Source: Trueperaceae bacterium
GTDB taxonomy: Bacteria > Deinococcota > Deinococci > Deinococcales > Trueperaceae
Length of the DNA: 64,000 nt
Direction: 5' to 3'
NCBI GenBank assembly: GCA_034520945.1
Contig: JAXHNB010000006.1
Coordinates: 576,001-640,000 of the forward strand
How positions within the stretch are numbered: the first letter of the stretch is position 1; every line of letters starts with the position of its first letter. Both the position numbers and the translations under genes were made by a program. The notes beneath the pieces are model-generated. The model saw only the letters and a list, made by a program, of their open reading frames with translations. It had not been told where the DNA came from and made no database searches. Shown here piece after piece: positions 44,438 through 52,533 of this stretch.

Positions 44438-45502
44438 TCAGGCGTCCGGCGCGCGGACGGCGTCGGCGTCGCTCAGGAAGGCGCCCAGCAGGGTGACGGC
44501 CGCTTCGAGGTCGCGCTTGGCCACCATCTCGGTCACGGTGTGCACGTACCGCGACGGCGTCGAGAGCGTCACGCTGGCGACCCCCGCGCGGCTCTGTTGG
44601 ATGGCGGCGGCGTCGGTACCGCCACGGGGCAGGACCTCGTACTGATGCGGGAGGTCGTTCGCCTCGGCCATGGCGCCGAGCCGGTCGACCAGCCAGTCCT
44701 GGCTGATCGAGCGGCCGTCCGAGATCTTGATGGCGACGCCGTCGCCCATGCGCGTCACCGCCTGGTGCTCGGGCGTGCCGGGGGTGTCGATCGCCAGGGT
44801 GGTGTCCAGGGCGACCCCCACGTCGGGGGCGACGCCGAACGCGGAGGTGGTGGCGCCGCGGACGCCGACCTCCTCCTGGACGCTGAACACGGCCGCCACC
44901 CGGACCTGCGGCGCGGCCAGGCGCCGCAGCGTCTCGATCAGGATCCAGCAGCCGCTCCGGTCGTCCAACGCCTTGCCGGTGACGACGTCGCCGAGGTCGT
45001 GGAAGGACGGAAGCAGCGTCACCATGTCGCCGACGCGGACCTCGGCGCGCACCGTCTCGGCGGGCAGGCCGAGGTCGACGGCGAAGTCGTCCATCTCCGG
45101 GATCTTGGTCCGTTCCTCCTGGGAGGCGACGTGGACCGGTTTCACGGCGGGATTCAACACGCCGATGCGGGGCGCGCCGTCGCGCACGTGGACCGTGACG
45201 TGACGGGCGAACAGGTTCCGCACGTCGAAGCCGCCCAGGTTGTGAATGCGCAGAAAGCCCTTCTCGTCCACGTGGCGCACCACGAAGCCGATCTCGTCCA
45301 TGTGGGCGCTGACCATGACGCGGGGCGCCCCCGATGGGCCGGGCGCCTCGGCGATCAGGTTGCCCATCGCGTCGACGCGCAGGTCGAGATCGAGGCCGTT
45401 CAGCGCCTCGCGAATGCGATCGCGGACCCGCGCTTCGCGTCCGGGAATGCCCGGCGCCTCGCACAGGGTCGCGAGCAGGTCGTAGTCGAACCCATCGCTC
45501 AT
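44438..45502 (-). CDS. M42 family metallo-aminopeptidase
   Basis: AHMDEIG, KALDDRSG, QEEVGVRGA, GGTDAA, RYVHT. Confidence 0.94.
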   Translation of the reverse strand: MSDGFDYDLLATLCEAPGIPGREARVRDRIREALNGLDLDLRVDAMGNLIAEAPGPSGAPRVMVSAHMDEIGFVVRHVDEKGFLRIHNLGGFDVRNLFARHVTVHVRDGAPRIGVLNPAVKPVHVASQEERTKIPEMDDFAVDLGLPAETVRAEVRVGDMVTLLPSFHDLGDVVTGKALDDRSGCWILIETLRRLAAPQVRVAAVFSVQEEVGVRGATTSAFGVAPDVGVALDTTLAIDTPGTPEHQAVTRMGDGVAIKISDGRSISQDWLVDRLGAMAEANDLPHQYEVLPRGGTDAAAIQQSRAGVASVTLSTPSRYVHTVTEMVAKRDLEAAVTLLGAFLSDADAVRAPDA

Positions 45503-45551
45503 GTCCGGAGCCTACCACCGGCGTTCGCGCCCGGCGCCCCCGGACCGGCCG

Positions 45552-46562
45552 TCAGGGAGGCCCGTCTGCGTGGGCCTCGTCCAGCCAGGCCAGGATCGCG
45601 TCCGACGCGGCCTCCGGGCACTCCTCGTGAAGCGCGTGGCCGCAGCCGGCCAGCCGGGTCGCGCGCGCGGCCGGCAACGCCTCGACCAGCCGCTCGGCGT
45701 CGCCTTCGGGCAGGACCGTGTCCTCCTCGCCCCGCAGCACCAGCACCGGGACGCGAAGGTCGTCCAGTCGGCCCGCCAGGCGCGGGCTCCGGCGCGCCTT
45801 CGTGAAGGCCCACAGGGCGCGGTCCCAGCCTTCGACCCGCATTGCCTGCTGGGCCGCCTCGCGGGCGGGCTGGTACAGGCCGTCCGGGTCGGCGTAGGCG
45901 GCGCGCAACAGCTCGTCGGTCGAGGCGCCCGCCATCTGCCGCAGCAACAGCGGCCCGATCCGGTTCAACTGCGGGGTGTGCAACAACCAGCGCGTGCCGG
46001 CCGGGGCCCCACCGCGCGTGTAGACGGCGGGCCCGATCAACACCAGGCCCGATACCCGCTCGGGGTGAGCCAGCGCGGTGCGGAGCGCCAGCAGCGCGCC
46101 GGAGGAATGCCCGATCAGCACCGCCGTGTCCGCGCCGGCCGCGTCCATCGCGGCCAGCGTCTGCGCGACCTGCGCGTCGGGCCGGTAGGGGGCCGCGTCG
46201 CCGTACGGGGTGGGTCGTTCGCTCAACCCGAACGCCGGCCGGTCGAACGCCAGCGTCGGCGCGCGCGACGCCAGGCGGGGGGCCAGGAGGTCCCACGTCC
46301 GCAGGGTGGAGGCGAACCCGTGCAGCAGCACGAACCCGGGGGTGGGCCGATCGTCGGCGCGGGTGGCGGGCGTGAAGGCGGCGTGCAGCCGGACGCCGCC
46401 GGCGTCCAGCCAGGTGGCCTCGTCGTCGGCCAGAGATGCGGCCGGCTGGACGTCCTCCAGCGGCGGGGCCGGCCACAGGAGTGGGCCGATCAGCACCGCG
46501 CCGGCCAGCAGGGCCAGCAGCGCCAGCGAAACCTTGATTCGGAACGGCATGCCGGCCATCAC
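45552..46562 (-). CDS. Membrane-anchored alpha/beta hydrolase
   Basis: LLHGF, DRPAFGLS, GHSSG nucleophile elbow, GEEDTV, GHALHEE. Confidence 0.9.
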   Translation of the reverse strand: MMAGMPFRIKVSLALLALLAGAVLIGPLLWPAPPLEDVQPAASLADDEATWLDAGGVRLHAAFTPATRADDRPTPGFVLLHGFASTLRTWDLLAPRLASRAPTLAFDRPAFGLSERPTPYGDAAPYRPDAQVAQTLAAMDAAGADTAVLIGHSSGALLALRTALAHPERVSGLVLIGPAVYTRGGAPAGTRWLLHTPQLNRIGPLLLRQMAGASTDELLRAAYADPDGLYQPAREAAQQAMRVEGWDRALWAFTKARRSPRLAGRLDDLRVPVLVLRGEEDTVLPEGDAERLVEALPAARATRLAGCGHALHEECPEAASDAILAWLDEAHADGPP

Positions 46563-46612
46563 ACCACGGGGGGCGGGCCGCCGCGGTCGCGCGACGGTGG
46601 TAGCGTCGCGCC

Positions 46613-47479
46613 ATGAGAGCCGTCGCTACGTTTTCGATTCTAGCGCGCGACCCGGCGTCGGGAGCGCTGGGGATCGCGACCGCCAGCCGCTTCCTCGCGG
46701 TCGGCGCCGTCGTGCCCCACGCCGTGGCGGGGGTCGGCGCCATCGCGACGCAGTCGTTCGCGAACACCTCGTACGGGCCACGGATGCTCCAGGCCTTGCG
46801 GGCCGGCGTGCCGCTCTCGTTGGTGCATCGCGCCTTCGAGGAGACCGACGCGCAGCACGCCTCGCGGCAGTACGGCATGGTCGACGCGGACGGGCACACG
46901 CTGACGTTCACCGGCGACGCCTGCCACCCGTGGGCGGGGGGCCGGACCGGTCAGGACTACGCGGCGCAGGGGAACCTCCTGGCCGGCCCCGAGGTGATCG
47001 CGGACCTGGCTGACACCTTCGAGGCGACGTCGGGGGCGTTGCCCGAACGGTTGATGGCGGCGTTGCGGGCGGGCGACGCGGCGGGTGGGGATTCGCGCGG
47101 GCGGCAGGCCGCCGCGCTGCTGGTGGTCCGTGCCGGCGGCGGCTACGGCGGGCTGGACGACCGCTACGTCGATCTGCGGGTGGACGACGATCCCGACCCG
47201 GTGGGGCGCCTGACGGAGCTGTTGACGTTGCAGCGGTTGTACTTCGGGGCCCCGGACCCAGACGACGTGGCGCCGATCGAGGGCGAGGTGGCCGAGCGGG
47301 CGTTGCAGGTGCTGCGCGCGCACGGGCGGCTGCCGCCCGACCACGAGCGCTGGGACGACCGCGCCGAGCAGGCCCTGCGCGACCTCGCCGGCGTGCTGAA
47401 CCTCGAAGAGCGCATGGTGGCGCCCGGCAGGGTGGACCTGCAGGCGCTGGCGCACATGGAGCGGGTCGCGCCGGCCTGA
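46613..47479 (+). CDS. DUF1028 family Ntn-hydrolase-like protein
   Basis: TFSILARD, GAIATQS, QGNLLAG, GGDSRGRQAAAL, DLRVDD. Confidence 0.88.
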   Translation: MRAVATFSILARDPASGALGIATASRFLAVGAVVPHAVAGVGAIATQSFANTSYGPRMLQALRAGVPLSLVHRAFEETDAQHASRQYGMVDADGHTLTFTGDACHPWAGGRTGQDYAAQGNLLAGPEVIADLADTFEATSGALPERLMAALRAGDAAGGDSRGRQAAALLVVRAGGGYGGLDDRYVDLRVDDDPDPVGRLTELLTLQRLYFGAPDPDDVAPIEGEVAERALQVLRAHGRLPPDHERWDDRAEQALRDLAGVLNLEERMVAPGRVDLQALAHMERVAPA

Positions 47480-47516
47480 CCCGCGGGGACGCCGGCGCAG
47501 GGGCGGGCGCCTAGGC

Positions 47517-48344
47517 TCAGCGTCCCTCAAAGGCGGGATCGCGCCGTTCCAGGAAGGCGCGCACGCCCTCCTCGCGGTCCTGCGTGGTGGCCACGAGGCC
47601 GAACAGGTCCGCCTCGACCTCGAGCCCTTGCGGCAGGGTGCCGTCCATGCCGCGCACCACCGCCTCCTTCGCCAGGCCCAGCGCGACCGGCGCGTTGCGG
47701 AGCAGGTCCCGCGCCAGCGCCTCCGCGGCCGCCTTGGCGTCGGGGTCGATCCGCGCGACCAGGCCCATCGCGGCGGCCTCCTCGGCGTCGACCATGCGGC
47801 CGGTGAGGATCAGGTCCAACGCCCGCGATTCGCCGATCAGGCGTGGCAGGCGTTGCGACCCGCCGTAGCCGGGGATGAGCCCCAGCGTCGTTTCGGGGAG
47901 GCCCAGCTTGGTGCCGGGTGCGGCGATCCGCAGGTCGCAGGCCAACGCCAGCTCCAGGCCGCCCCCCAGCGCGAAGCCGTGCAGCGCGGCGATCGTGGGG
48001 AAGGGCAGGGCGGACAGGCTGTTGGTCACGTCCTGGCCAGCCAATGAGGCTTCACGCCCCGAGAAGGCGTCGTCCATGTTCAAGAAGCCGGACACGTCGG
48101 CCCCGGCGCAGAATCCGCGGCCGGCGCCGGACAGCACCAGCGCGCGCACCTCCGCGTCGGCCTCCACCAACTCCAGGGCGGTGCCGAGCTCCAGCAGCGA
48201 CTCCGACGTGAGCGCGTTGCGCGCGCCCTGGCGGTCCAGCTCGAGGAACGCCACGCCGTTCTCGCTGCGGAGCGTCAACGTCTCGAAGTCGGGGGCGTCC
48301 CGAATCGGGGAGGTGTCGTTCCCGTTGTCGCCTGGATCGTCCAT
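47517..48344 (-). CDS. Enoyl-CoA hydratase/isomerase
   Basis: FCAGAD, ALGGGLELALACD, PETTLGLIPGYGGSQRL, EGVRAFLERR. Confidence 0.94.
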   Translation of the reverse strand: MDDPGDNGNDTSPIRDAPDFETLTLRSENGVAFLELDRQGARNALTSESLLELGTALELVEADAEVRALVLSGAGRGFCAGADVSGFLNMDDAFSGREASLAGQDVTNSLSALPFPTIAALHGFALGGGLELALACDLRIAAPGTKLGLPETTLGLIPGYGGSQRLPRLIGESRALDLILTGRMVDAEEAAAMGLVARIDPDAKAAAEALARDLLRNAPVALGLAKEAVVRGMDGTLPQGLEVEADLFGLVATTQDREEGVRAFLERRDPAFEGR

Positions 48345-49198
48345 CACGTACCTCCGTACTCGAAGAACCCTCGGCCGCGCTTGCGCCCCAAGTGGCCGGC
48401 GCGGACCATGCGGCGCAGCACCGGGGCGGGGCGGTAGCGCGGGTCGCCGAACTCGCGGTGCAGGCTCTCCATCACGGAGAGCACCACGTCCAATCCCACC
48501 ATGTCGGCCAGCGCGAGGGGCCCGATCGGCATGTTGGCGCCGAGCGTCATGGCCCGGTCCACGTCGTCGGGAGTGGAGGTGCCCTCGTCCGCCAGCGTCG
48601 CCGCCTCGTTCAGGTAGGGGATCAGCAGCCGGTTGACGAGGAACCCCGGGCGGTCCTCGCAGCGGACCGGCGTCTTGCCGAGCGATTCGGCCAGGCGTTC
48701 CGCGCGGGCCAGCGTGTCGCCTGTGGTGGCCTCGCCACGCACCACCTCGACCAGCGGCATGATGGGCGCGGGCACGAAGAAGTGCAGCCCGCACAACGCC
48801 TCCGGCCGGCCACTGGCCGTGCCCAGCGCGGTGACCGACAGGCTGGAGGTGTTGGTGCACAGCAGCGCCTTGCGGGGGGCGCCCTGACCCACCTCGGCCC
48901 ACACCCGGCGCTTGACCTCGTCGTCCTCGACGACCGCCTCGATCACCGCGTCCGCGGAGGCGACCGCGTCGGCGAGCCCGCGCGTCTCGACCGTGATGCG
49001 CTCGGCCGCGTCGGCCGCCTCGCCGGGCGACATGCGGCCCTTCTCGGCCTGGCGGTCCAACGCGCTGCGCACGCGTTCGTGCGCGGCGGAGGCGGCACCT
49101 TCGGCGGCATCGAACAGGGTGACGGCGTGTCCGGCGGTGGCGCACGCCTGGGCGATGCCGGCGCCCATGGTGCCGGCCCCGAGGACGGAGACGTTCAC
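48344..49198 (-). CDS. 3-hydroxyacyl(butyryl)-CoA dehydrogenase
   Basis: GAGTMGAGIA, IEAVVE, TNTSSL, PGFLVNRL, PIGPLALAD. Confidence 0.93.
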   Translation of the reverse strand: MNVSVLGAGTMGAGIAQACATAGHAVTLFDAAEGAASAAHERVRSALDRQAEKGRMSPGEAADAAERITVETRGLADAVASADAVIEAVVEDDEVKRRVWAEVGQGAPRKALLCTNTSSLSVTALGTASGRPEALCGLHFFVPAPIMPLVEVVRGEATTGDTLARAERLAESLGKTPVRCEDRPGFLVNRLLIPYLNEAATLADEGTSTPDDVDRAMTLGANMPIGPLALADMVGLDVVLSVMESLHREFGDPRYRPAPVLRRMVRAGHLGRKRGRGFFEYGGT

Positions 49199-49923
49199 GA
49201 CGCCGCCTCGGCGCCTTCGTGCAGCGCGACGCACGCCTCGAGCGTCGCGCGGACCATGGCGGCCACGCCGTCCGCCAACACCTCCGGCGCCACGAACGCG
49301 GGATCGCCGATGTGGTTGCTGGCGACCAGCATGCAGCCCGTCCGCACCCCCCGCAGGCGCCCCAGCAGGAACAGGGCGGCGGCCTCCATCTCGACGCCCA
49401 GCACACCGCGCGCCGCCAGGGCCGGCACCTCTTCGGGGCGGCGCGCGTAGAAGGCGTCCTCGGTGTGGATCAGGCCCACGTGGGCGGGCGGCTCCGCTTG
49501 TGCCGCGTCCACCAGGGCGCGGGTGGTCTCGAAGTCGGCGCTCGGCGCGTACGGGTCGCCCCCGAGGTACATCCGGGTGGTGCCGTCGTGCGGCACGGCG
49601 GCGTCGGCGACGATCCGGTCGCCCGGCGCGACGTGATCGGCGACGATGCCGGCCGTTCCGACCCGCACCAGCGTCCGAGCCCCGAGGCGCACGAGTTCCT
49701 CGACGACGATCGCCAGGCTGGGGCACCCCATGCCCGTCGTCTGCACGCTGATGGGCACGCCGCGGTAGCGGCCGCTGTAGCCCAACAGCCCACGGTTGTC
49801 CGTCGTGAGGCGGGCGTCGTCCAGGAAGGTCTCCGCGATGGTGCGGGCCCGGCCCGGGTCGCCTGGCAGGAGCACGAACGGGGCCAGCTCGCCGGGTTCG
49901 ATGTGCAGGTGGAGTTGGCTCAC
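49195..49923 (-). CDS. Purine/uridine nucleoside phosphorylase (DeoD-like)
   Basis: LPGDPGRA, TTGMGCPS, RVGTAG, DAFY, GVEMEAA. Confidence 0.9.
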   Translation of the reverse strand: MSQLHLHIEPGELAPFVLLPGDPGRARTIAETFLDDARLTTDNRGLLGYSGRYRGVPISVQTTGMGCPSLAIVVEELVRLGARTLVRVGTAGIVADHVAPGDRIVADAAVPHDGTTRMYLGGDPYAPSADFETTRALVDAAQAEPPAHVGLIHTEDAFYARRPEEVPALAARGVLGVEMEAAALFLLGRLRGVRTGCMLVASNHIGDPAFVAPEVLADGVAAMVRATLEACVALHEGAEAAS

Positions 49924-49990
49924 CCGTCAAGCCTAGCAGACGGCGTGGACGCCGGCCGTGGCCGTCGTGCGCGTGCTAGACTCTGCCCGA

Positions 49991-50362
49991 ATGGACACCG
50001 TGCGCGACCTTCTCGAGACGTGCCGGCGCGACGCCGACGCCGACGTCGCCCTCTTGGTCGGTGCCGACGGCCTGGTGATCGAGCAGGCCGGCCCCGAACG
50101 AGGCGGCGCGGACACCGATCTGCCGTTGGCCGCGGCCGAGGCGACCGATCTGCTGCGCGTCGCCGACCGCATCCTGCGCGACGCCGTCGCCGCCGGCACG
50201 GCGCACGAGGCGTGGTGCGCGGCTGGCGCCACGTCCGTGCACCTCGCACGATTGGACGAGGGGGCGTTCGTGTTGTCCGTGTCGGGTGGACCTGCGGACC
50301 CTGCGCGGGCGCGGGGCGCCGTCGCGCAGGTCGCCGACCGGCTGCGGGCGGTCCTGGCGTGA
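49991..50362 (+). CDS. Roadblock/LC7 (MglB-like) protein 1
   Basis: 123 aa. ALLVGADGLVIE...LAAAEATDLL...FVLSV...DPARAR pattern. Confidence 0.8.
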   Translation: MDTVRDLLETCRRDADADVALLVGADGLVIEQAGPERGGADTDLPLAAAEATDLLRVADRILRDAVAAGTAHEAWCAAGATSVHLARLDEGAFVLSVSGGPADPARARGAVAQVADRLRAVLA

Positions 50363-50724
50363 CGCTCCGCGCGCGCCTCGAGGGGCTGTTGGCAACCCGC
50401 GGCGTGCGCAGCGTCGCCGTGTCCAGCAACGACGGGTTCCTGTTGGAGTCGGTCGGGGGGGACGACGCCGACGGCGAGTTCGTCGCCGGCATGATCGCCA
50501 GCAGTCTGGCCTCCGGCCAGGCGCTGGCGGAGTTGTTCGGTGACGGCGCGGTGCGGCAGGCCACCATCGAGTACGAGCGCGGGCCGGTGGTGCTGCTCCC
50601 GATGCCCGACGACGCGGAAGGACACGTGCTGGTGGCGGTGTTGGACGACGCCGCGGCGCTCGGCCGGGTACGGTTGGCGTTGCGACGCGCCCTGCCGGAG
50701 CTGGCACAGGAGGTGACGACGTGA
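50359..50724 (+). CDS. Roadblock/LC7 (MglB-like) protein 2
   Basis: GTGA overlap with the previous gene. GVRSVAVSSNDGFLLES...QATIEYERG...AALGRVRLALRR. Confidence 0.88.
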   Translation: MTLRARLEGLLATRGVRSVAVSSNDGFLLESVGGDDADGEFVAGMIASSLASGQALAELFGDGAVRQATIEYERGPVVLLPMPDDAEGHVLVAVLDDAAALGRVRLALRRALPELAQEVTT

Positions 50725-51020
50725 GCGACGAGAAACGGCCCGGCCAGAAGCGACTGGAACTGGACCTGCCGCGCGACACGGCACGCGGGACGTACGCCAA
50801 CGGGACGGTCGTGAGTCACGGCACCAACGAGATCGTGTTGGACTTCGTGGCCGCCCTGCCCCACCACAAGCCGCAGGTGGTGTCGCGGGTGGTGCTGCCC
50901 CCCGCCCAGGCGCAGGCATTGCTGCGCACCCTGAAGCACAACCTCGAACGGTGGGAGGCCGCGCACGGCAAGGGCGGCACGCAGGCCGCCCGCTCCGGCC
51001 ACGACGAGGAACCGAACTGA
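50721..51020 (+). CDS. DUF3467-like small protein
   Basis: GTYANGTVVSHGTNEIVLDF...VVSRVVLPP..A..LL..L..NL..WE..HG. Confidence 0.82.
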   Translation: MSDEKRPGQKRLELDLPRDTARGTYANGTVVSHGTNEIVLDFVAALPHHKPQVVSRVVLPPAQAQALLRTLKHNLERWEAAHGKGGTQAARSGHDEEPN

Positions 51021-51094
51021 ACGACATGGCGGGCGCCGACCGGTAGGTCGGCGACGCTACCCCTGTCCGAGCGGGCCTGCGGTTCAATGCCGCC

Positions 51095-51715
51095 ATGCCG
51101 ACCGAGACCGTCACGGTCTACTTCGACTTCCTGTGTCCGTTCGCCTGGCGTGCCGCCGAGTTGGTCGCGCGTGTCGACGAGCCGTTGGACCTGCGCTTCG
51201 AGTGGGTCCATTTCAGTTTGTTCCAGGCGCGCGAGCACGGCGCCAACGGTTGGCAACTGTGGAACGACCCGATCGACCCGGACGACCCGGGCGGCTCCAA
51301 GGGGCTGTTGCCGTTCTTGGCTTCGATCGCGGCCAATCGGCAGGGCGAGGAACGTGGCGACGCGTTCCGATTGGCGCTGATGCGATTCAGGCACCGCGAG
51401 CATCGCCCGTTGAACCGGGACACCATCCTGGAGGCGGCGCAGACGGCCGGGCTGCACCTGGCCACCTTCGGACGCGACCTGGACGACCCCGAAGCGCGAA
51501 CCGTCCTCGCTCGTGATCACGCCCGGGCCGTGGACGCCCAGGTGAACGGCACCCCGACGTTCCAGTTCCCGGGCGGGCACGTCGCCCGCCTGCGCTTCAA
51601 GGCGCTTCCCAGCGACACCGAGACGTCGGTGCGGCTGTTCCGGGACGTGTACGGCATGCTGTCCGCCTACCCCTACCTGCACACCATCGAACGCCCCTCC
51701 GCGCGCGGCAACTGA
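51095..51715 (+). CDS. DsbA/FrnE-like thioredoxin-fold protein with a single Cys (CPFA)
   Basis: VYFDFLCPFAW and the cis-Pro motif VNGTPTF. Confidence 0.85.
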   Translation: MPTETVTVYFDFLCPFAWRAAELVARVDEPLDLRFEWVHFSLFQAREHGANGWQLWNDPIDPDDPGGSKGLLPFLASIAANRQGEERGDAFRLALMRFRHREHRPLNRDTILEAAQTAGLHLATFGRDLDDPEARTVLARDHARAVDAQVNGTPTFQFPGGHVARLRFKALPSDTETSVRLFRDVYGMLSAYPYLHTIERPSARGN

Positions 51716-51768
51716 CGCCGGGCCGCGGACCCGCCGCGCAGCGCGGCCCCCCGGGATACACTGTCGCC

Positions 51769-52533
51769 GTGTCCGTCACGGTTCGCGTTGCTCATGGTTC
51801 GGATGCGGGACGCGTCCGCCCCCTGAACGAGGACTACCACCGCGTGTCCAGGTTCGTTCGCGACGACGGGGCCTTGTGGCTCCTGGCCGTCGCGGATGGC
51901 ATGGGGGGCGCCGCCGCGGGCGAGGTCGCCAGCAAGATCGCGGTGGAGGCCGTGGACGAGACCGTGCGCCGCTACGTGCGCGAGCGGAGCGAAGGCCGCG
52001 ACCTGGTCGGCCTGGAACCGCTGCTCGAGAAGGCCATCCGGCTGGCCAACCGGCGCGTGCACGCCGCGGCGCTGCAGAACCAGGCGGCCCGCGGGATGGG
52101 CACCACGCTCACGTGCGTGGCGTTCGAGGATTGCGTGCTGCACGTCGGGCACGTGGGCGACTCGCGTGCCTACCTGTGCCGCGGACCCACGATCTACCAG
52201 TTGACGCGCGATCACAGCTGGGTCGAGGAGCAGCTTCGCCTCGGGGTGCTGAGCGAAGAGGAGGCGCGCACGCACGAGTGGCGCAACCTGATCACGCGTG
52301 CGTTGGGCACCCGGCCGCAGCTGGCGCCGGACACCGCGCGGGTCGACCTGAAGCCGGGCGACGTCCTGTTGCTGGCCACGGACGGACTGCACGCCGTGGT
52401 CGAGGCCGAGGAGATCCTGGCGGAGGTGGGCCGCGGTCCGGACCTGCAGGCCAGCGTGGACGGGCTGATCGCCCTGGCGAACGAGCGCGGCGGTCCGGAC
52501 AACGTCACCCTGGTGTTGGCGGAGGTGTCGTGA
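51769..52533 (+). CDS. PP2C-family Ser/Thr phosphatase
   Basis: GRVRPLNED, VADGMGG, HVGDSRAY, TRALG, ATDGL, GGPDNVT. Confidence 0.95.
   Translation: MSVTVRVAHGSDAGRVRPLNEDYHRVSRFVRDDGALWLLAVADGMGGAAAGEVASKIAVEAVDETVRRYVRERSEGRDLVGLEPLLEKAIRLANRRVHAAALQNQAARGMGTTLTCVAFEDCVLHVGHVGDSRAYLCRGPTIYQLTRDHSWVEEQLRLGVLSEEEARTHEWRNLITRALGTRPQLAPDTARVDLKPGDVLLLATDGLHAVVEAEEILAEVGRGPDLQASVDGLIALANERGGPDNVTLVLAEVS

Noticed and set aside
48760..48790. HFFVP instead of HFFNP in the 3-hydroxyacyl-CoA dehydrogenase
   Set aside because: It is a single substitution with the catalytic His and Glu retained, which is not enough to claim altered function.
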